Below, piece by piece: positions 28,754 through 38,541 of a stretch of 64,000 nucleotides of DNA. Below the pieces are notes generated by a model that had not been told where the DNA came from, made no database searches, and saw only the letters and a program-made list of their open reading frames with translations. The stretch lies in the UHGV virus genome UHGV-0294963; one strand, 5' to 3'. The translations under genes and the position numbers were made by a program. Numbering within the stretch: position 1 is the first letter of the stretch; every line of letters begins with the position of its first letter. Origin of the DNA: a virus.

Positions 28754-30478
28754 TCAAAGTGTTCTATCAGCAAAGACTTCACCAACACCCTTGATTACTT
28801 CTTGAATAAATGGGACCCGAATTTGGTCGTATACTGTAGCACCCTTAGCATTGCCGATAAGATGCTGAATCTGTGATTTAGGTAGTGCCATAAAACCAGC
28901 AAGGGCATTCTGGAACGATTGACCTGCATAATGAGAACGGAGGTATGCCTCGATTTCACCAGCACCAGCTTTCGCAAGACCGTTAATACCCAGACCAACC
29001 AGAATCTGTGCTAACGTCATCGACTTCTTAGACGCATCAACTCTTTGCATATAGGTATTCATCTTCGCCCTGCCACTACCTGGAATTGTGAGTATGTCGA
29101 TAGGCTTGATTTTATAGAAGTCAGCCGGAGTCTGAAGTTTACCTTTATCAAAGAGTGCAGTTACCAAGCTGCTTGCGACACCCTTGAAATTACCGACTTT
29201 CTTGTCAGTCCAACCGTTCAGACGAGCCAGCAGCTTCTCCTTGCACTTAACATTCGCACAAACACCTAGTGCTGAAATACCGGTAAGTACCGAACCACAA
29301 GCCGGGCAAACCGTAGGCTTAGGAATTGGAATAGACTCGGGTGTGTGCCTTGCAGATTTAATTGCAGGAATAATATCACCTGCTTTATACACAACAACCA
29401 TATCGTTAATTTGAACATCGAGTTCCTGGATTCGTCCCCAGTTATGCAGCGTAGCTTTGGTAATGGTACTACCCATGACATTAACCGGCTCCAGAATAGC
29501 TACAGGATTGAGCTTACCGGTTGCGCCTACCTGCCACTCAACACCTTTAAGGAGAGTCTCCTTTTCTTGTGCAGGAAATTTATAAGCAATAGCCCATCTC
29601 GGTACTACACCATTATCTCCAAGCTGTTCTCTAAGTTCGAGATTATCAACCTTGAGAACCATACCATCAATCGGAATATCCTCAGCTTCACGCTTTGCCT
29701 GAACCTCGGAGATAATGGCTGCTACATTTTCACCGGTGCTCACTTCCCAATGAGCTACGGGACTAAAGCCCCACAATGCTAATGCCTGCAAGCACTTGCT
29801 ATGAGTATCGAGGGTGCCTACAGCCGAAGGAATGTCGTTGATAGTCTTCGGATTTTCAAGATTGAACACTCTGCAAGAGAGGTAAGCAGCTCTTTCAGGT
29901 TCGCTGTCTCTCTTGAATATACCCACAGCGGTATTTCGAGGATTTGCTTGTTTTCCGTATCTCTTGCAGTAGTCTGCAAAGCGAGACTTTAGCATAAACA
30001 CCTCACCGCGGACGATTATTTCATCTTTACAGTCGATTGTCTTAGGAATATCGGCAATATACTGAGCAGCGGAGATACGCTCTACACCCTTTTTACCGTC
30101 ACCTCGGGTTGATGCCGAAACGAGCTCACCATTTCTGTAGATAAGCTGAACAGACAAACCGTCGAGTTTATATTCTTGGAATACCTTTGACACGTTCTTG
30201 TGCTTATTCAGGAACTCTTTAGCATCGTCGACCGTGAATACATCGAGAAGACTGAGCATCGCGACGGGATGTATGACATCGCCATCACCCATATCGGGAT
30301 TTACCGACTGCGTCGGGCTGTTCTCTGCAGCTCGATGATACTTCTCATAATCGTAGATGTCTGCCATATAGCTGTCATACAGTTCATCAGAAATACCAGT
30401 TAAAGCTCCTTGAATGTAGAGCAGTCGTGCATTGTTCACGACTTTGATAAGTTCATGATATCTTTCTTCTGTTATCAT
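28754..30478 (-). CDS. ligA: NAD-dependent DNA ligase (LigA family), lacking an obvious BRCT domain
   Basis: 574 aa. Domain Ia-like N-terminus (ISDELYDSYMADIYDYEKYH). Adenylation lysine motif is KLDGLS. TRGDG motif is present. Cys4 zinc finger is CPACGS...CANVKC. C-terminal helix-hairpin-helix region. RBS is AGGAGGTTAAG. Confidence 0.9.
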   Translation of the reverse strand: MITEERYHELIKVVNNARLLYIQGALTGISDELYDSYMADIYDYEKYHRAAENSPTQSVNPDMGDGDVIHPVAMLSLLDVFTVDDAKEFLNKHKNVSKVFQEYKLDGLSVQLIYRNGELVSASTRGDGKKGVERISAAQYIADIPKTIDCKDEIIVRGEVFMLKSRFADYCKRYGKQANPRNTAVGIFKRDSEPERAAYLSCRVFNLENPKTINDIPSAVGTLDTHSKCLQALALWGFSPVAHWEVSTGENVAAIISEVQAKREAEDIPIDGMVLKVDNLELREQLGDNGVVPRWAIAYKFPAQEKETLLKGVEWQVGATGKLNPVAILEPVNVMGSTITKATLHNWGRIQELDVQINDMVVVYKAGDIIPAIKSARHTPESIPIPKPTVCPACGSVLTGISALGVCANVKCKEKLLARLNGWTDKKVGNFKGVASSLVTALFDKGKLQTPADFYKIKPIDILTIPGSGRAKMNTYMQRVDASKKSMTLAQILVGLGINGLAKAGAGEIEAYLRSHYAGQSFQNALAGFMALPKSQIQHLIGNAKGATVYDQIRVPFIQEVIKGVGEVFADRTL

Positions 30479-30480
30479 TC

Positions 30481-30702
30481 TTAACCTCCTAGAATTAGAG
30501 CTTCACGCTCTTTTACTTTTTCAACGATGCTAGACCAAGACAGTTCTTTATCTGGGTAACTGTCTATATAGAATTCAACATCGTTATAGACATAGTAGAT
30601 GTGATATATGCGAGACTGGGTAGCCTTATCCCATAGCGTCTTGCATCGCCAAGGACCTAAGCAATTATCCTTCATCTGTAACCTCTCTGACTTCCACGTC
30701 AT
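30481..30702 (-). CDS. hypothetical protein (alternative frame to 30661..30832; one of the two may be spurious)
   Basis: 73 aa ORF directly upstream of the ligase. Confidence 0.3.
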   Translation of the reverse strand: MTWKSERLQMKDNCLGPWRCKTLWDKATQSRIYHIYYVYNDVEFYIDSYPDKELSWSSIVEKVKEREALILGG

Positions 30703-30832
30703 CGTAGTCGGTATGAGCTATCGGTCGCCGCATAGCGCGGTCGAATTCAGGCAATGCCTTATCGACAGCTTCTTCTTCATCTTCTGCTTCTACTTCGATA
30801 GAAGTACATTGATAGAACGTAACGCAGTAGGT
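30661..30832 (-). CDS. small acidic protein (57 aa, below ORF-table cutoff)
   Basis: ATG at 30832 is preceded by GAAAGGAGTG. Sequence is MKTYCVTFYQCTSIEVEAEDEEEAVDKALPEFDRAMRRPIAHTDYDDVEVREVTDEG. Found by reading the sequence manually. Confidence 0.35.
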
Positions 30833-30856
30833 TTTCATCAGAACACTCCTTTCTTC

Positions 30857-30905
30857 CCCCTATGTGCTATTACATTCAATATTATAACACATAGGAGGTG
30901 TGGCA
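30857..30905 (-). promoter_or_regulatory. degenerate copy of conserved promoter element
   Basis: + strand reads caatattataacacataggaggtgtggcatacgaagtt. The downstream conserved part is truncated. Confidence 0.35.
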
Positions 30906-30917
30906 TACGAAGTTTCA

Positions 30918-31679
30918 TTACAGAAATTGCTTATAGATAGGGTCTAAGCTATTATTGATAAAATCGCATTGATGGCACTTAAAGTCGATAATTTTTCGAA
31001 TTATTTCTACTTCAGAATCATAGATAGATGCTACTTTAGGACAGTGGTCAGACTCACCTAAGCTGATACCGCCATCAATTCGGATAGCAGGTGTGCAATA
31101 GAAGTGAGACACAAAAAGATGTTCAACAATCAAACCAATTGACGGGTTCTTCAACTGCTTGGTAACCGCTCGCACATTAAGACACTTAGACGCTTTCGCT
31201 TTCCATGGTAGCTTATTAGCGAGAGCTCTGCCTTGTGGGTATATCTGAGTAACACATCGGTCGCATAGAATAAATCCTGACTCACGCCAAAGTCTCTTGT
31301 GTAAGGGTAAGGCTTTCGGGTAGTATCTAGAGTCTGTAGATACCTGCCAAAATACTTTCGTGCACGGTGTTCCCGCTGCAATTCTTTTAGCAGCATCGGG
31401 ATGTTCTAGGCACCAGAATCCGTTCGTCGTAATCGTAATCACAGATTGGTGTCTCTCTTCAGAAAACCTGGTTAGTATTCTGTTCATAATCAATTCAAAA
31501 TCAGGGTGTTCGGTAGGCTCACCACCTGACACGACGACATGCTCATAAGCTTCGTTTCTGATTAGAAACTCTAGAACATCGTTGAGCGTGTCTAAAGTCA
31601 TATGTTCTCCTTCAGGTGTTGCACTGTTCATACAATGAGTACAACCCATCGAACATTTTTCAGTCAATTTCAGCAGCAT
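30918..31679 (-). CDS. radical SAM domain enzyme
   Basis: 253 aa. CSMGCTHC is a CxxxCxxC cluster motif near the N-terminus. VVVSGGEPT is a SAM-binding glycine-rich motif. Additional C-terminal cysteines are present. Confidence 0.7.
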   Translation of the reverse strand: MLLKLTEKCSMGCTHCMNSATPEGEHMTLDTLNDVLEFLIRNEAYEHVVVSGGEPTEHPDFELIMNRILTRFSEERHQSVITITTNGFWCLEHPDAAKRIAAGTPCTKVFWQVSTDSRYYPKALPLHKRLWRESGFILCDRCVTQIYPQGRALANKLPWKAKASKCLNVRAVTKQLKNPSIGLIVEHLFVSHFYCTPAIRIDGGISLGESDHCPKVASIYDSEVEIIRKIIDFKCHQCDFINNSLDPIYKQFL

Positions 31680-32163
31680 CTGGAGCTCCTTTCGGCTTTA
31701 CACAAGGCTGCCATCCAAGAACATCGACAAGGTCGACATAATAGGAATCGCAGTCGAAATCCTGGTCTTCAGTTCGGTACCAACCGACGTGGTATTCACC
31801 ACTGTTATCGTAGAAGAATACGGTCTGTTCATTATCAGGTGTCTTTACAGCAGGGTCAATCCACGCATCAACCAAACCTTTCGCATAACCAGCGGTCCAA
31901 CCAGCTTTGAATGGGTAGTCTTCTCGACAAGATTTAACTGGTAGATTTTCGTACCTATTCTTCAGGCGAGAAACCTGTCGCTTAAGGTTAGCAATTTCTT
32001 TCTTGCAGTTCTTCACCTTAGCTGTTTCTTTAAGAAGTATCGGCTGTAATGCTTCAGTCATCGCATCGCATCCTGCATTTCGAGCAAGCTGTCTCTGCTC
32101 ATCGATATAAGATTGAATCCGTTGTTCAGGAACTTCTTTATTGTCTATCCACATCGCATTCAC
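31660..32163 (-). CDS. hypothetical protein
   Basis: 167 aa ORF. Confidence 0.45.
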   Translation of the reverse strand: MNAMWIDNKEVPEQRIQSYIDEQRQLARNAGCDAMTEALQPILLKETAKVKNCKKEIANLKRQVSRLKNRYENLPVKSCREDYPFKAGWTAGYAKGLVDAWIDPAVKTPDNEQTVFFYDNSGEYHVGWYRTEDQDFDCDSYYVDLVDVLGWQPCVKPKGAPDAAEID

Positions 32164-32543
32164 CTCCGTGCAGGATGATTATCTCGCGCTACAAATCTGA
32201 TATCAAGCTGTTCACCAGTCTTGGTGTTAACCAGACCGTTAAAATTCTTACTAACATCGACATGGCAATTCTTAAGGATATACCTGATTATTTCAGCACC
32301 AGACATATAATGCTGTTTGTAGACAGTACCACCAAGTGAGAGCTGATATACGCCGAACCTGTCGATACCCAGAACAAGCTGAATAAATGTAATCTCTTCA
32401 AGAACTGTGCGGTTAGCACGAGTTTCGTATCCTGACTTACCAATCGCCCGATAGTACCAAGATGTATCACCTTCAAGCGAGCCTCTGGTTGCTGACAGGT
32501 ATAGATAATTAAGAGCCGCTTGAATTTGAGTTGATGGTTGCAT
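32160..32543 (-). CDS. hypothetical protein
   Basis: 127 aa with RBS AAAGGAGGAAG. Confidence 0.45.
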   Translation of the reverse strand: MQPSTQIQAALNYLYLSATRGSLEGDTSWYYRAIGKSGYETRANRTVLEEITFIQLVLGIDRFGVYQLSLGGTVYKQHYMSGAEIIRYILKNCHVDVSKNFNGLVNTKTGEQLDIRFVARDNHPARR

Positions 32544-32557
32544 TGTTTGCTTCCTCC

Positions 32558-32608
32558 TTTATTTATTGTATCTATATTATAACACATTCCTGCGTGTGTT
32601 ACGAAGTT
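32558..32608 (-). promoter_or_regulatory. conserved promoter element copy
   Basis: tttattgtatctatattataacacattcctgcgtgtgttacgaagtt. Confidence 0.6.
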
Positions 32609-32646
32609 ACAGAAAACGCCGACGCTCAGGACGCCGACGTTCTGGA

Positions 32647-33123
32647 TTAATCTGTATCATATGGCATAGGGAGTGGCAGCCAAGCAATTGGATATATCGG
32701 TTCACGTCCACCGTGAGGTATGAACTTTCCGTCCCTGAACATACATTGGATAACTGTCTTTATACCGCAATGCTTATACGTTACCAGCACATTACACAAA
32801 CCGTGACCGGGAGGTTTGTCGGTATCATCAGGTAATCGCTCACTGACTGGTATCCAGTCTTTAGTACCGTGTGCAAGAATTTCTTCGCACTCGGCGAATT
32901 TCGGACATCCCCTGCACTCCTGCTGCTTGCGACAGTACTCCCTTATATTCACAAAAGGTTCTGCTTTGATTTTGCAGTACTCTTCTTCTAGCTTTATAAG
33001 ATGACTTAATTGGTTCAACAAGCTCAGCGTGAGGCGTTTACCGCCCGCACGCGGGGCGACAAGCGGTACGCCTGCTTGTAGCGCACTAATCAACTCTTGA
33101 GGTGTCAGTGTTTCCATAGACAT
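32647..33123 (-). CDS. hypothetical Cys-rich protein
   Basis: 158 aa. Contains CRKQQECRGCPKFAEC. Confidence 0.45.
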   Translation of the reverse strand: MSMETLTPQELISALQAGVPLVAPRAGGKRLTLSLLNQLSHLIKLEEEYCKIKAEPFVNIREYCRKQQECRGCPKFAECEEILAHGTKDWIPVSERLPDDTDKPPGHGLCNVLVTYKHCGIKTVIQCMFRDGKFIPHGGREPIYPIAWLPLPMPYDTD

Positions 33124-33126
33124 TAC

Positions 33127-33348
33127 CTACACCTCCTCTACACCGTTTTTCGGCTCAGTCTGTGAGTCGTCATACTCTTCTAGATAAGCATCGATATCGT
33201 CGAGCAAGCAGTAACCGTCACAGTCTGCATCATCATAGCGCGCAGTTACGCACATCGCATCGAAATTACCGCCAGCTCGAACATTCGCCAGAAACTCCTT
33301 AGTCGCCTTCAAAAGTGTCAGCGCTCTCAGTTCTTCCACCATCATCAT
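33127..33348 (-). CDS. hypothetical small acidic protein
   Basis: 73 aa ORF. Confidence 0.4.
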   Translation of the reverse strand: MMMVEELRALTLLKATKEFLANVRAGGNFDAMCVTARYDDADCDGYCLLDDIDAYLEEYDDSQTEPKNGVEEV

Positions 33349-33392
33349 CTCCTTCTGTAATCAATTCACCTGCAACCACATGAATATCCTCC

Positions 33393-33593
33393 TTATCCTA
33401 ATAAGTCCCAGAACTCTTTAGAAGTAATCTGGTATATCTTAGTCGAGTCATAGGCATCGGTGATGACTACCTCTCCATTCTGCTCATACATGGAAATGAG
33501 CAATCCAGTACTGTCTTTCGGGTTACCACCGACTTTGCTGTCCTGGATGCGGTTTTCTTCTTTTAGCTCACGTCGTATAGGTAAATCCTTCAT
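33393..33593 (-). CDS. hypothetical small protein
   Basis: 66 aa ORF. Confidence 0.4.
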   Translation of the reverse strand: MKDLPIRRELKEENRIQDSKVGGNPKDSTGLLISMYEQNGEVVITDAYDSTKIYQITSKEFWDLLG

Positions 33594-34455
33594 GATAAAC
33601 CCCCTCCTTGATGGGCAAGACTACAATGTCGTGATTGCAAGCAGAAGCATGGTTGTTCGCCATATCAATAAATACAGATATTTCGCTAAATTCAACCGAA
33701 CTGTTACTTATCAGCTTTAAGCCTACAGTATCTCCCCAAACGAACAAAGTACCCGCCGGTAAAGTCGAAAAGGTCTGCTTGGTACGTTCTTTGTCAGAAA
33801 TAACCTTAACCTTGATATTAGAAGAAACCGTTCTGAGCTTATAGTAATCCATATCTACAATATTAGATTCATACGCTGCAGGGTGCTTTACCCAATCACC
33901 GTCTACCCGGTTGTCTTTTATCTTAATGCCTATCAGATTATACCAGCGGAATACAGCACCTACCGGTAATTCTGAGAACGAAATATCACCCTCCCAGTCT
34001 TCCTTCAGCTTCTCGATTTCAGATTGACTCAACGGCTTCACCCACAAGTCGGTTCGAGAGGTAATTCGATGTCCGTTGTCTAAACGAATAATATTTCCTT
34101 GATGCTTGGGCGACTTATCAGTGATAATCTCATTCGTGAGTTTTCTGAACAGCTTACCACCGAAGTTAAAGATAGTGCCTACAGGGACTTTCTCGAGAGG
34201 AAGCATACCACGCATCGCCTGATATCTCTTCTTATCGATTTTGCAGCCAGGGTATGCTTTTTCGATAGCAGCTACAATTTCGGTATTTATCTGTTCGGTG
34301 TTGGTGCAACCAGAAGCAGAATACCAGTCGTCGCCTAGGAAGTAATGACATAGTTCATCAAGAGCAACCTGAGCTTTCATTGGTGGTGCAAATATACCAT
34401 AATCACCAGGTTCGCATAAACTCAAAATACGGTCTCTGTCAAATTTCTTGTGCAT
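33568..34455 (-). CDS. hypothetical protein
   Basis: 295 aa ORF. Confidence 0.5.
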   Translation of the reverse strand: MHKKFDRDRILSLCEPGDYGIFAPPMKAQVALDELCHYFLGDDWYSASGCTNTEQINTEIVAAIEKAYPGCKIDKKRYQAMRGMLPLEKVPVGTIFNFGGKLFRKLTNEIITDKSPKHQGNIIRLDNGHRITSRTDLWVKPLSQSEIEKLKEDWEGDISFSELPVGAVFRWYNLIGIKIKDNRVDGDWVKHPAAYESNIVDMDYYKLRTVSSNIKVKVISDKERTKQTFSTLPAGTLFVWGDTVGLKLISNSSVEFSEISVFIDMANNHASACNHDIVVLPIKEGVYHEGFTYTT

Positions 34456-34465
34456 ACAAACCTCC

Positions 34466-34903
34466 TTAGAACATCATCGGTTTACTCTTACCTGCTATCT
34501 CCTGCAGCTCTGAGTAAGAAATTCTGAACCCTAGCTGCTCCTCTTTGCAGTGCTCAATGAGCTCTTCATAAGTCATTTCGCCACTTGCAACCTTCAACGC
34601 AAGTCTGAGTTTTTCGATAGCAGCTTCGCCAGCACCCTCACCGTTATCGCGGTCATACAGACGAGTGTCGATTACATCAGGAGCGATGTCGATTTTCATT
34701 ACCTTACCGTTCAGGTAATCGAAATAGATTTCCTCCTCGCCGTTCCTGCCTGTATGACGAGCTTGCTTGATGAGCTCACCTGCTCTCCGAATATTCAACT
34801 TACCAGTATAGCCCAGAAAACTCATACCCTGCATTCTAGAATCGTTCCAGAGGGCTACAAGTACCTGAGCCTTATCCAAACCCCTGATATCCACCTTTGC
34901 CAT
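34466..34903 (-). CDS. hypothetical protein (start moved to MAKVD ATG; longer ORF-table N-terminus is translated promoter)
   Basis: The ORF-table version includes CYNIDTITHK, which is the promoter element. The true start has the RBS. Confidence 0.5.
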   Translation of the reverse strand: MAKVDIRGLDKAQVLVALWNDSRMQGMSFLGYTGKLNIRRAGELIKQARHTGRNGEEEIYFDYLNGKVMKIDIAPDVIDTRLYDRDNGEGAGEAAIEKLRLALKVASGEMTYEELIEHCKEEQLGFRISYSELQEIAGKSKPMMF

Positions 34904-34920
34904 AATGTATACCTCCTTGT

Positions 34921-34969
34921 GTGTTATTGTATCTATATTATAACACAGAATAACCGTGATTGCGAAGTT
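34921..34969 (-). promoter_or_regulatory. conserved promoter element copy
   Basis: gtgttattgtatctatattataacacagaataaccgtgattgcgaagtt. Confidence 0.6.
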
Positions 34970-35177
34970 AATCTCCGTAATAGCCAACCTCAGTCATGTT
35001 TCGCTGTCTAATCAGATGTAACTCTTCATCGCAGTCTTCTACCACCCAGATGTTGTCATCATCGAAAGTTTCACGAACAGTTTTGACTTGAACGACTATC
35101 ATGACATATCCATATTTTTCGGTAGTAGCGACGTCACCCACTTCTGGTTCGCCAGTTCTAGAATAGAAACTACTCAT
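34968..35177 (-). CDS. hypothetical small protein
   Basis: 69 aa ORF. Confidence 0.4.
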   Translation of the reverse strand: MSSFYSRTGEPEVGDVATTEKYGYVMIVVQVKTVRETFDDDNIWVVEDCDEELHLIRQRNMTEVGYYGD

Positions 35178-35550
35178 CAGACTTTTCCTCCTCTACTCTT
35201 GATTTCTGAGGTATGCTAGAAAATGGTGTATATACCTTGTTACCTGCAATCGACGAAATAATGCGACAATACAGTTCAATCCGACTATCGCCAAACCAGC
35301 ATAGGGCGTGTTCAGGCAAGCGGGCTTGATAACGTTTCTTCTTAGCTGGGCAGTAATTTTTCAGGCTATCCTTGCAAGACGGATAGACATCATAACCGCC
35401 GCGCTCATGTGTTATCTCAAGTTCTTTATCACCGATTAGGGCGTAGACCATTACCAGCAGGTCTTCCTCAATCTTGGGTATTATTGCCTTATCGATATAA
35501 TTCTTGGCGCGATATCTCATGTCATCCTTGGTGTCTTTTCTCATTGACAA
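35170..35550 (-). CDS. hypothetical protein
   Basis: 126 aa ORF. Confidence 0.45.
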   Translation of the reverse strand: MSMRKDTKDDMRYRAKNYIDKAIIPKIEEDLLVMVYALIGDKELEITHERGGYDVYPSCKDSLKNYCPAKKKRYQARLPEHALCWFGDSRIELYCRIISSIAGNKVYTPFSSIPQKSRVEEEKSDE

Positions 35551-35556
35551 CTCACC

Positions 35557-35808
35557 TCATTTCTGTACCCAATAGTACCACTTGCTAATTGTGCCGATTA
35601 TACCTACCACCAGCATAAATACTATACCTAATGGCCAGAGCATTACCTCGACGCTTTCTGGTATGTCAACTTTCTGTTCGGACGGTCGGTCTTTCTCGAC
35701 ACAGCACATGAAGATTACACCGATGACTGTGTAGACAAGGCCCAATACAATCGCAAGCAAGACTATTCCTGCATTCTGATACATGGAAATCACCTCACTC
35801 TGACGCAT
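35557..35808 (-). CDS. small membrane protein (two predicted TM helices)
   Basis: 83 aa with hydrophobic stretches IVLLAIVLGLVYTVIGVIFMCCV and LWPLGIVFMLVVGIIGTI. Confidence 0.5.
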   Translation of the reverse strand: MRQSEVISMYQNAGIVLLAIVLGLVYTVIGVIFMCCVEKDRPSEQKVDIPESVEVMLWPLGIVFMLVVGIIGTISKWYYWVQK

Positions 35809-36067
35809 ACTCTAGGGCATCTGAAACTTCTTGCAAACTCTGAAGTGCATCGTCTATTGAATTGGCTGCGGTATCTAGATTGTCGCAAGCCGCATCGCAT
35901 TTTTCATAACGCTCGGTTGCTTGCAAACGCTCTGGAATATTATCACGAGCCATCTGCTCATTGAAGGATACGCAGTCGATGTCTGACTGAATATCTTCCA
36001 GAAGTTCCTGAGCCTTGATAATTTTATCCAGAGTCACACTTATGGCTTTTCTTCTCGTTTCATTCAT
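35795..36067 (-). CDS. hypothetical protein
   Basis: 90 aa ORF. Confidence 0.4.
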   Translation of the reverse strand: MNETRRKAISVTLDKIIKAQELLEDIQSDIDCVSFNEQMARDNIPERLQATERYEKCDAACDNLDTAANSIDDALQSLQEVSDALEYASE

Positions 36068-36540
36068 TTCCTTTTCCTCCGTTTCTGTACTCCTTCATAT
36101 ACCTGATTCCAGCACGTAGTGCAGGTATCTTGGCTACGATTTTCATAGAGAGTATGGTTTGGAGTGCAATCATACTCTCTGGAGAACAATGTGTAATCGC
36201 TGGGACATCCCGACACACCACCTTGTGCTAAATCAGTAATAGCTGAGGGCAAGCTGTCGGTTACTATCTGTCGTAAGGTCTTACCCAAGAGCTCGGGATG
36301 CGGTTCCTCGATTTTTTCCTTTACGGTGGGAACCCATCTTTTGTCGTAAAGAATGGTATTGACTTTCTGGTCACCGTCGTAGACGTCAACCCAGGCTTCC
36401 GTCAGATTGTAATGATAATGGTTTTCCCAGAGCTCGAGCTGTTCCTCAGCTTTACACATCAGTTCCATATTCTCCTGAACGAACAAGGTATAACCCTCCG
36501 TGGTTTTCGCCCAAGGCGCATAGGTATAATGTTTACTCAT
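36064..36540 (-). CDS. hypothetical protein
   Basis: 158 aa ORF. Confidence 0.45.
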   Translation of the reverse strand: MSKHYTYAPWAKTTEGYTLFVQENMELMCKAEEQLELWENHYHYNLTEAWVDVYDGDQKVNTILYDKRWVPTVKEKIEEPHPELLGKTLRQIVTDSLPSAITDLAQGGVSGCPSDYTLFSREYDCTPNHTLYENRSQDTCTTCWNQVYEGVQKRRKRK

Positions 36541-36551
36541 GATAACCCTCC

Positions 36552-36854
36552 TTAATCAAGCAGAACGTTCGAATTAGCAGCAAGATAATCCTTCACCTTT
36601 TCAGTATAGAACATATGACCGAGATTTAAGAATGCGAACGCATTTACACCGCTATCCGGAAAACCGTTAACCTGCAGCCAATGCTGGTAGTGCTTCTGCA
36701 GCTGTTCTCGGTCGTTGAAGTTTATATGGTCTGTGGGAGTCTTTTCGATGTATTTCTGGCAAACCTGAGCGTCGTTCAGTCTTATCAGATTACAGTCGCA
36801 AGTTCCGTCGGTATTATATTCGCAGTCCAGAGCGTTACATACGATTTTTGGCAT
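36552..36854 (-). CDS. hypothetical Cys-containing protein
   Basis: 100 aa ORF. Confidence 0.45.
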   Translation of the reverse strand: MPKIVCNALDCEYNTDGTCDCNLIRLNDAQVCQKYIEKTPTDHINFNDREQLQKHYQHWLQVNGFPDSGVNAFAFLNLGHMFYTEKVKDYLAANSNVLLD

Positions 36855-36940
36855 AAAGCTACCTCCTCAAGCAATTTTAACTCTAACAGGTGTAACCGAA
36901 TAAAGAATCACAATGTTTGCAATTAGCACGATACTCACGA

Positions 36941-37273
36941 TTACACATTATCATCTTCCTCTGCATACCGAAACATCGGTTCGAATCCGCATTCATGCGC
37001 ATCCGGCTTAGGGTCGAGTGATACCAGGAATCTGGCATATTCGGTAGGCCCAGGGTGGTAGTAGACAGAATAGCCTTTGGCAAAGAGTTTCTTTAAGGAC
37101 TGCTCGATTCCTGAATACTCTTCATTCACGTTAATCATAAATTCGCCAACCACATCAAGCGTCTTGACACGGTTAAATAGCTTCTTTTGACCTTCCTTGT
37201 CTATGTGCAGCTTCTGAGTTGAACGTTTAGTCTTTTCTCGTCTGCGTCTAAGTATTTTTGCAGAAAATAGCAT
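36941..37273 (-). CDS. hypothetical protein
   Basis: 110 aa ORF. Confidence 0.45.
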   Translation of the reverse strand: MLFSAKILRRRREKTKRSTQKLHIDKEGQKKLFNRVKTLDVVGEFMINVNEEYSGIEQSLKKLFAKGYSVYYHPGPTEYARFLVSLDPKPDAHECGFEPMFRYAEEDDNV

Positions 37274-37335
37274 ATTACTCCTCCTCTTTCTGTTTGAGTA
37301 AACCCATAAGACGACTTCACTCTAAAATCCTGATT

Positions 37336-37392
37336 GTGTTCTACACTTATCGTATCCACATTATAACATATTACAATGCGCAGTACGAAGTT
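37336..37392 (-). promoter_or_regulatory. conserved promoter element copy (variant)
   Basis: cttatcgtatccacattataacatattacaatgcgcagtacgaagtt. Confidence 0.5.
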
Positions 37393-37442
37393 ATTCCCAC
37401 ATAGAACGCTTGTTCACAGTTTCAAGAACATTCTTGTATAGC

Positions 37443-37667
37443 TTAAAGTACGTCATCTCCTAACTGGTCTTTTCTTTTAGTAGTTTCTTCAGAGCTTGTC
37501 TGAGCACATGCTGCAAAAAGACGTTGAAGTGCATCGCATCGCCCTGCTTGAATTTCCCTCGAACAGATGTTGCAATTTCCAGAGCAAATGTCGGTACCGT
37601 GGAATGGCTGACGCCACTTGCATGATTTAATAGCTTCATTGATTTCTTCCTGAGTAGGGTGTTCCAT
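37443..37667 (-). CDS. hypothetical Cys-rich small protein
   Basis: 74 aa ORF. Confidence 0.4.
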   Translation of the reverse strand: MEHPTQEEINEAIKSCKWRQPFHGTDICSGNCNICSREIQAGRCDALQRLFAACAQTSSEETTKRKDQLGDDVL

Positions 37668-37741
37668 CTGTAATTCCTCCTATAGCTTGCGAAATTCTTC
37701 AGCGTCTGTCAGCTATCGCAAAAGAACGTGTTTCACTTCAT

Positions 37742-38041
37742 TTATGACCAACCTCTGTTATATTCAGCCTTCCTCTTGATGTAGCAGCTTGGACAGATGC
37801 ATTTGCCATTCAGCCAAATCATGTCGTCATAGGCGACTGACTGCTGACAGTCTGGACATAGACGATAGTCTTCCTTAGGTTCTGAAGCTAAATCAACTCC
37901 AATAATATAAGGCTGTTCTGACTGGGCTTCATAAGATGCACAGCTGATTGAATACGGGTCGGCAATCGGAAGTCTTCCGAGAGTGCAGAGGGTCACGTCT
38001 GCCCTCTCACAGAATCTACAAGTTATGCAATAATTATCCAC
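37742..38041 (-). CDS. zinc-ribbon protein (GTG start)
   Basis: 99 aa with several CxxC pairs. RBS AAGGAGGAC precedes the GTG. Confidence 0.45.
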   Translation of the reverse strand: MDNYCITCRFCERADVTLCTLGRLPIADPYSISCASYEAQSEQPYIIGVDLASEPKEDYRLCPDCQQSVAYDDMIWLNGKCICPSCYIKRKAEYNRGWS

Positions 38042-38314
38042 GATTAGTCCTCCTTATCTACTGATATGACAAAGCACATCAGGTTTAATCTGAACGATAC
38101 GGTGTGACCGGACGTCAATTGCTTCTGTCGAGGTTGTCTTCCTCCAGAGCAAGCTGAGTTTTCTCAGCTCTATCGCCACACTCTCGCTTGGTTCTAAAAG
38201 TCCTGATTGCTTTTGCCATATTCTATCCTCCATAATTCGTTGTTCTCAGCAATGAGCCTGTCGAGCTCAGTACCGAGAACCTTCTGTAGTTCTAGCCTGG
38301 TCACACGGTTCTTC

Positions 38315-38512
38315 CTACTCACTGAAAATCTGGGCAGCTTTCTCAGCAATTCGCGTTGCGGTTGATAAACCCACTTCCCAGCCGATATACTTTCTGTGAC
38401 AGTCTTCGCACCCCTCGAACTCCTTCATGTCGTTACCGCGACAGTTGTCGCAGTAAGCGTAGCATAGCTCATTCTGAATGAATTTAATCAGTTCTACTTT
38501 CTTCTCACCCAT
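38315..38512 (-). CDS. zinc-ribbon small protein
   Basis: 65 aa. Contains CYAYCDNC...CEDCHRK. Confidence 0.45.
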   Translation of the reverse strand: MGEKKVELIKFIQNELCYAYCDNCRGNDMKEFEGCEDCHRKYIGWEVGLSTATRIAEKAAQIFSE

Positions 38513-38541
38513 GGTTATTCTCCTCTCGTCTTTTTACCTAC

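Noticed and set aside
32288-32587. ORF-table CDS of 99 aa starting MCYNIDTINKGGSKQ
   Set aside because: Its N-terminus is the translated promoter plus RBS of gene 32160..32543. The rest lies out of frame inside that gene.
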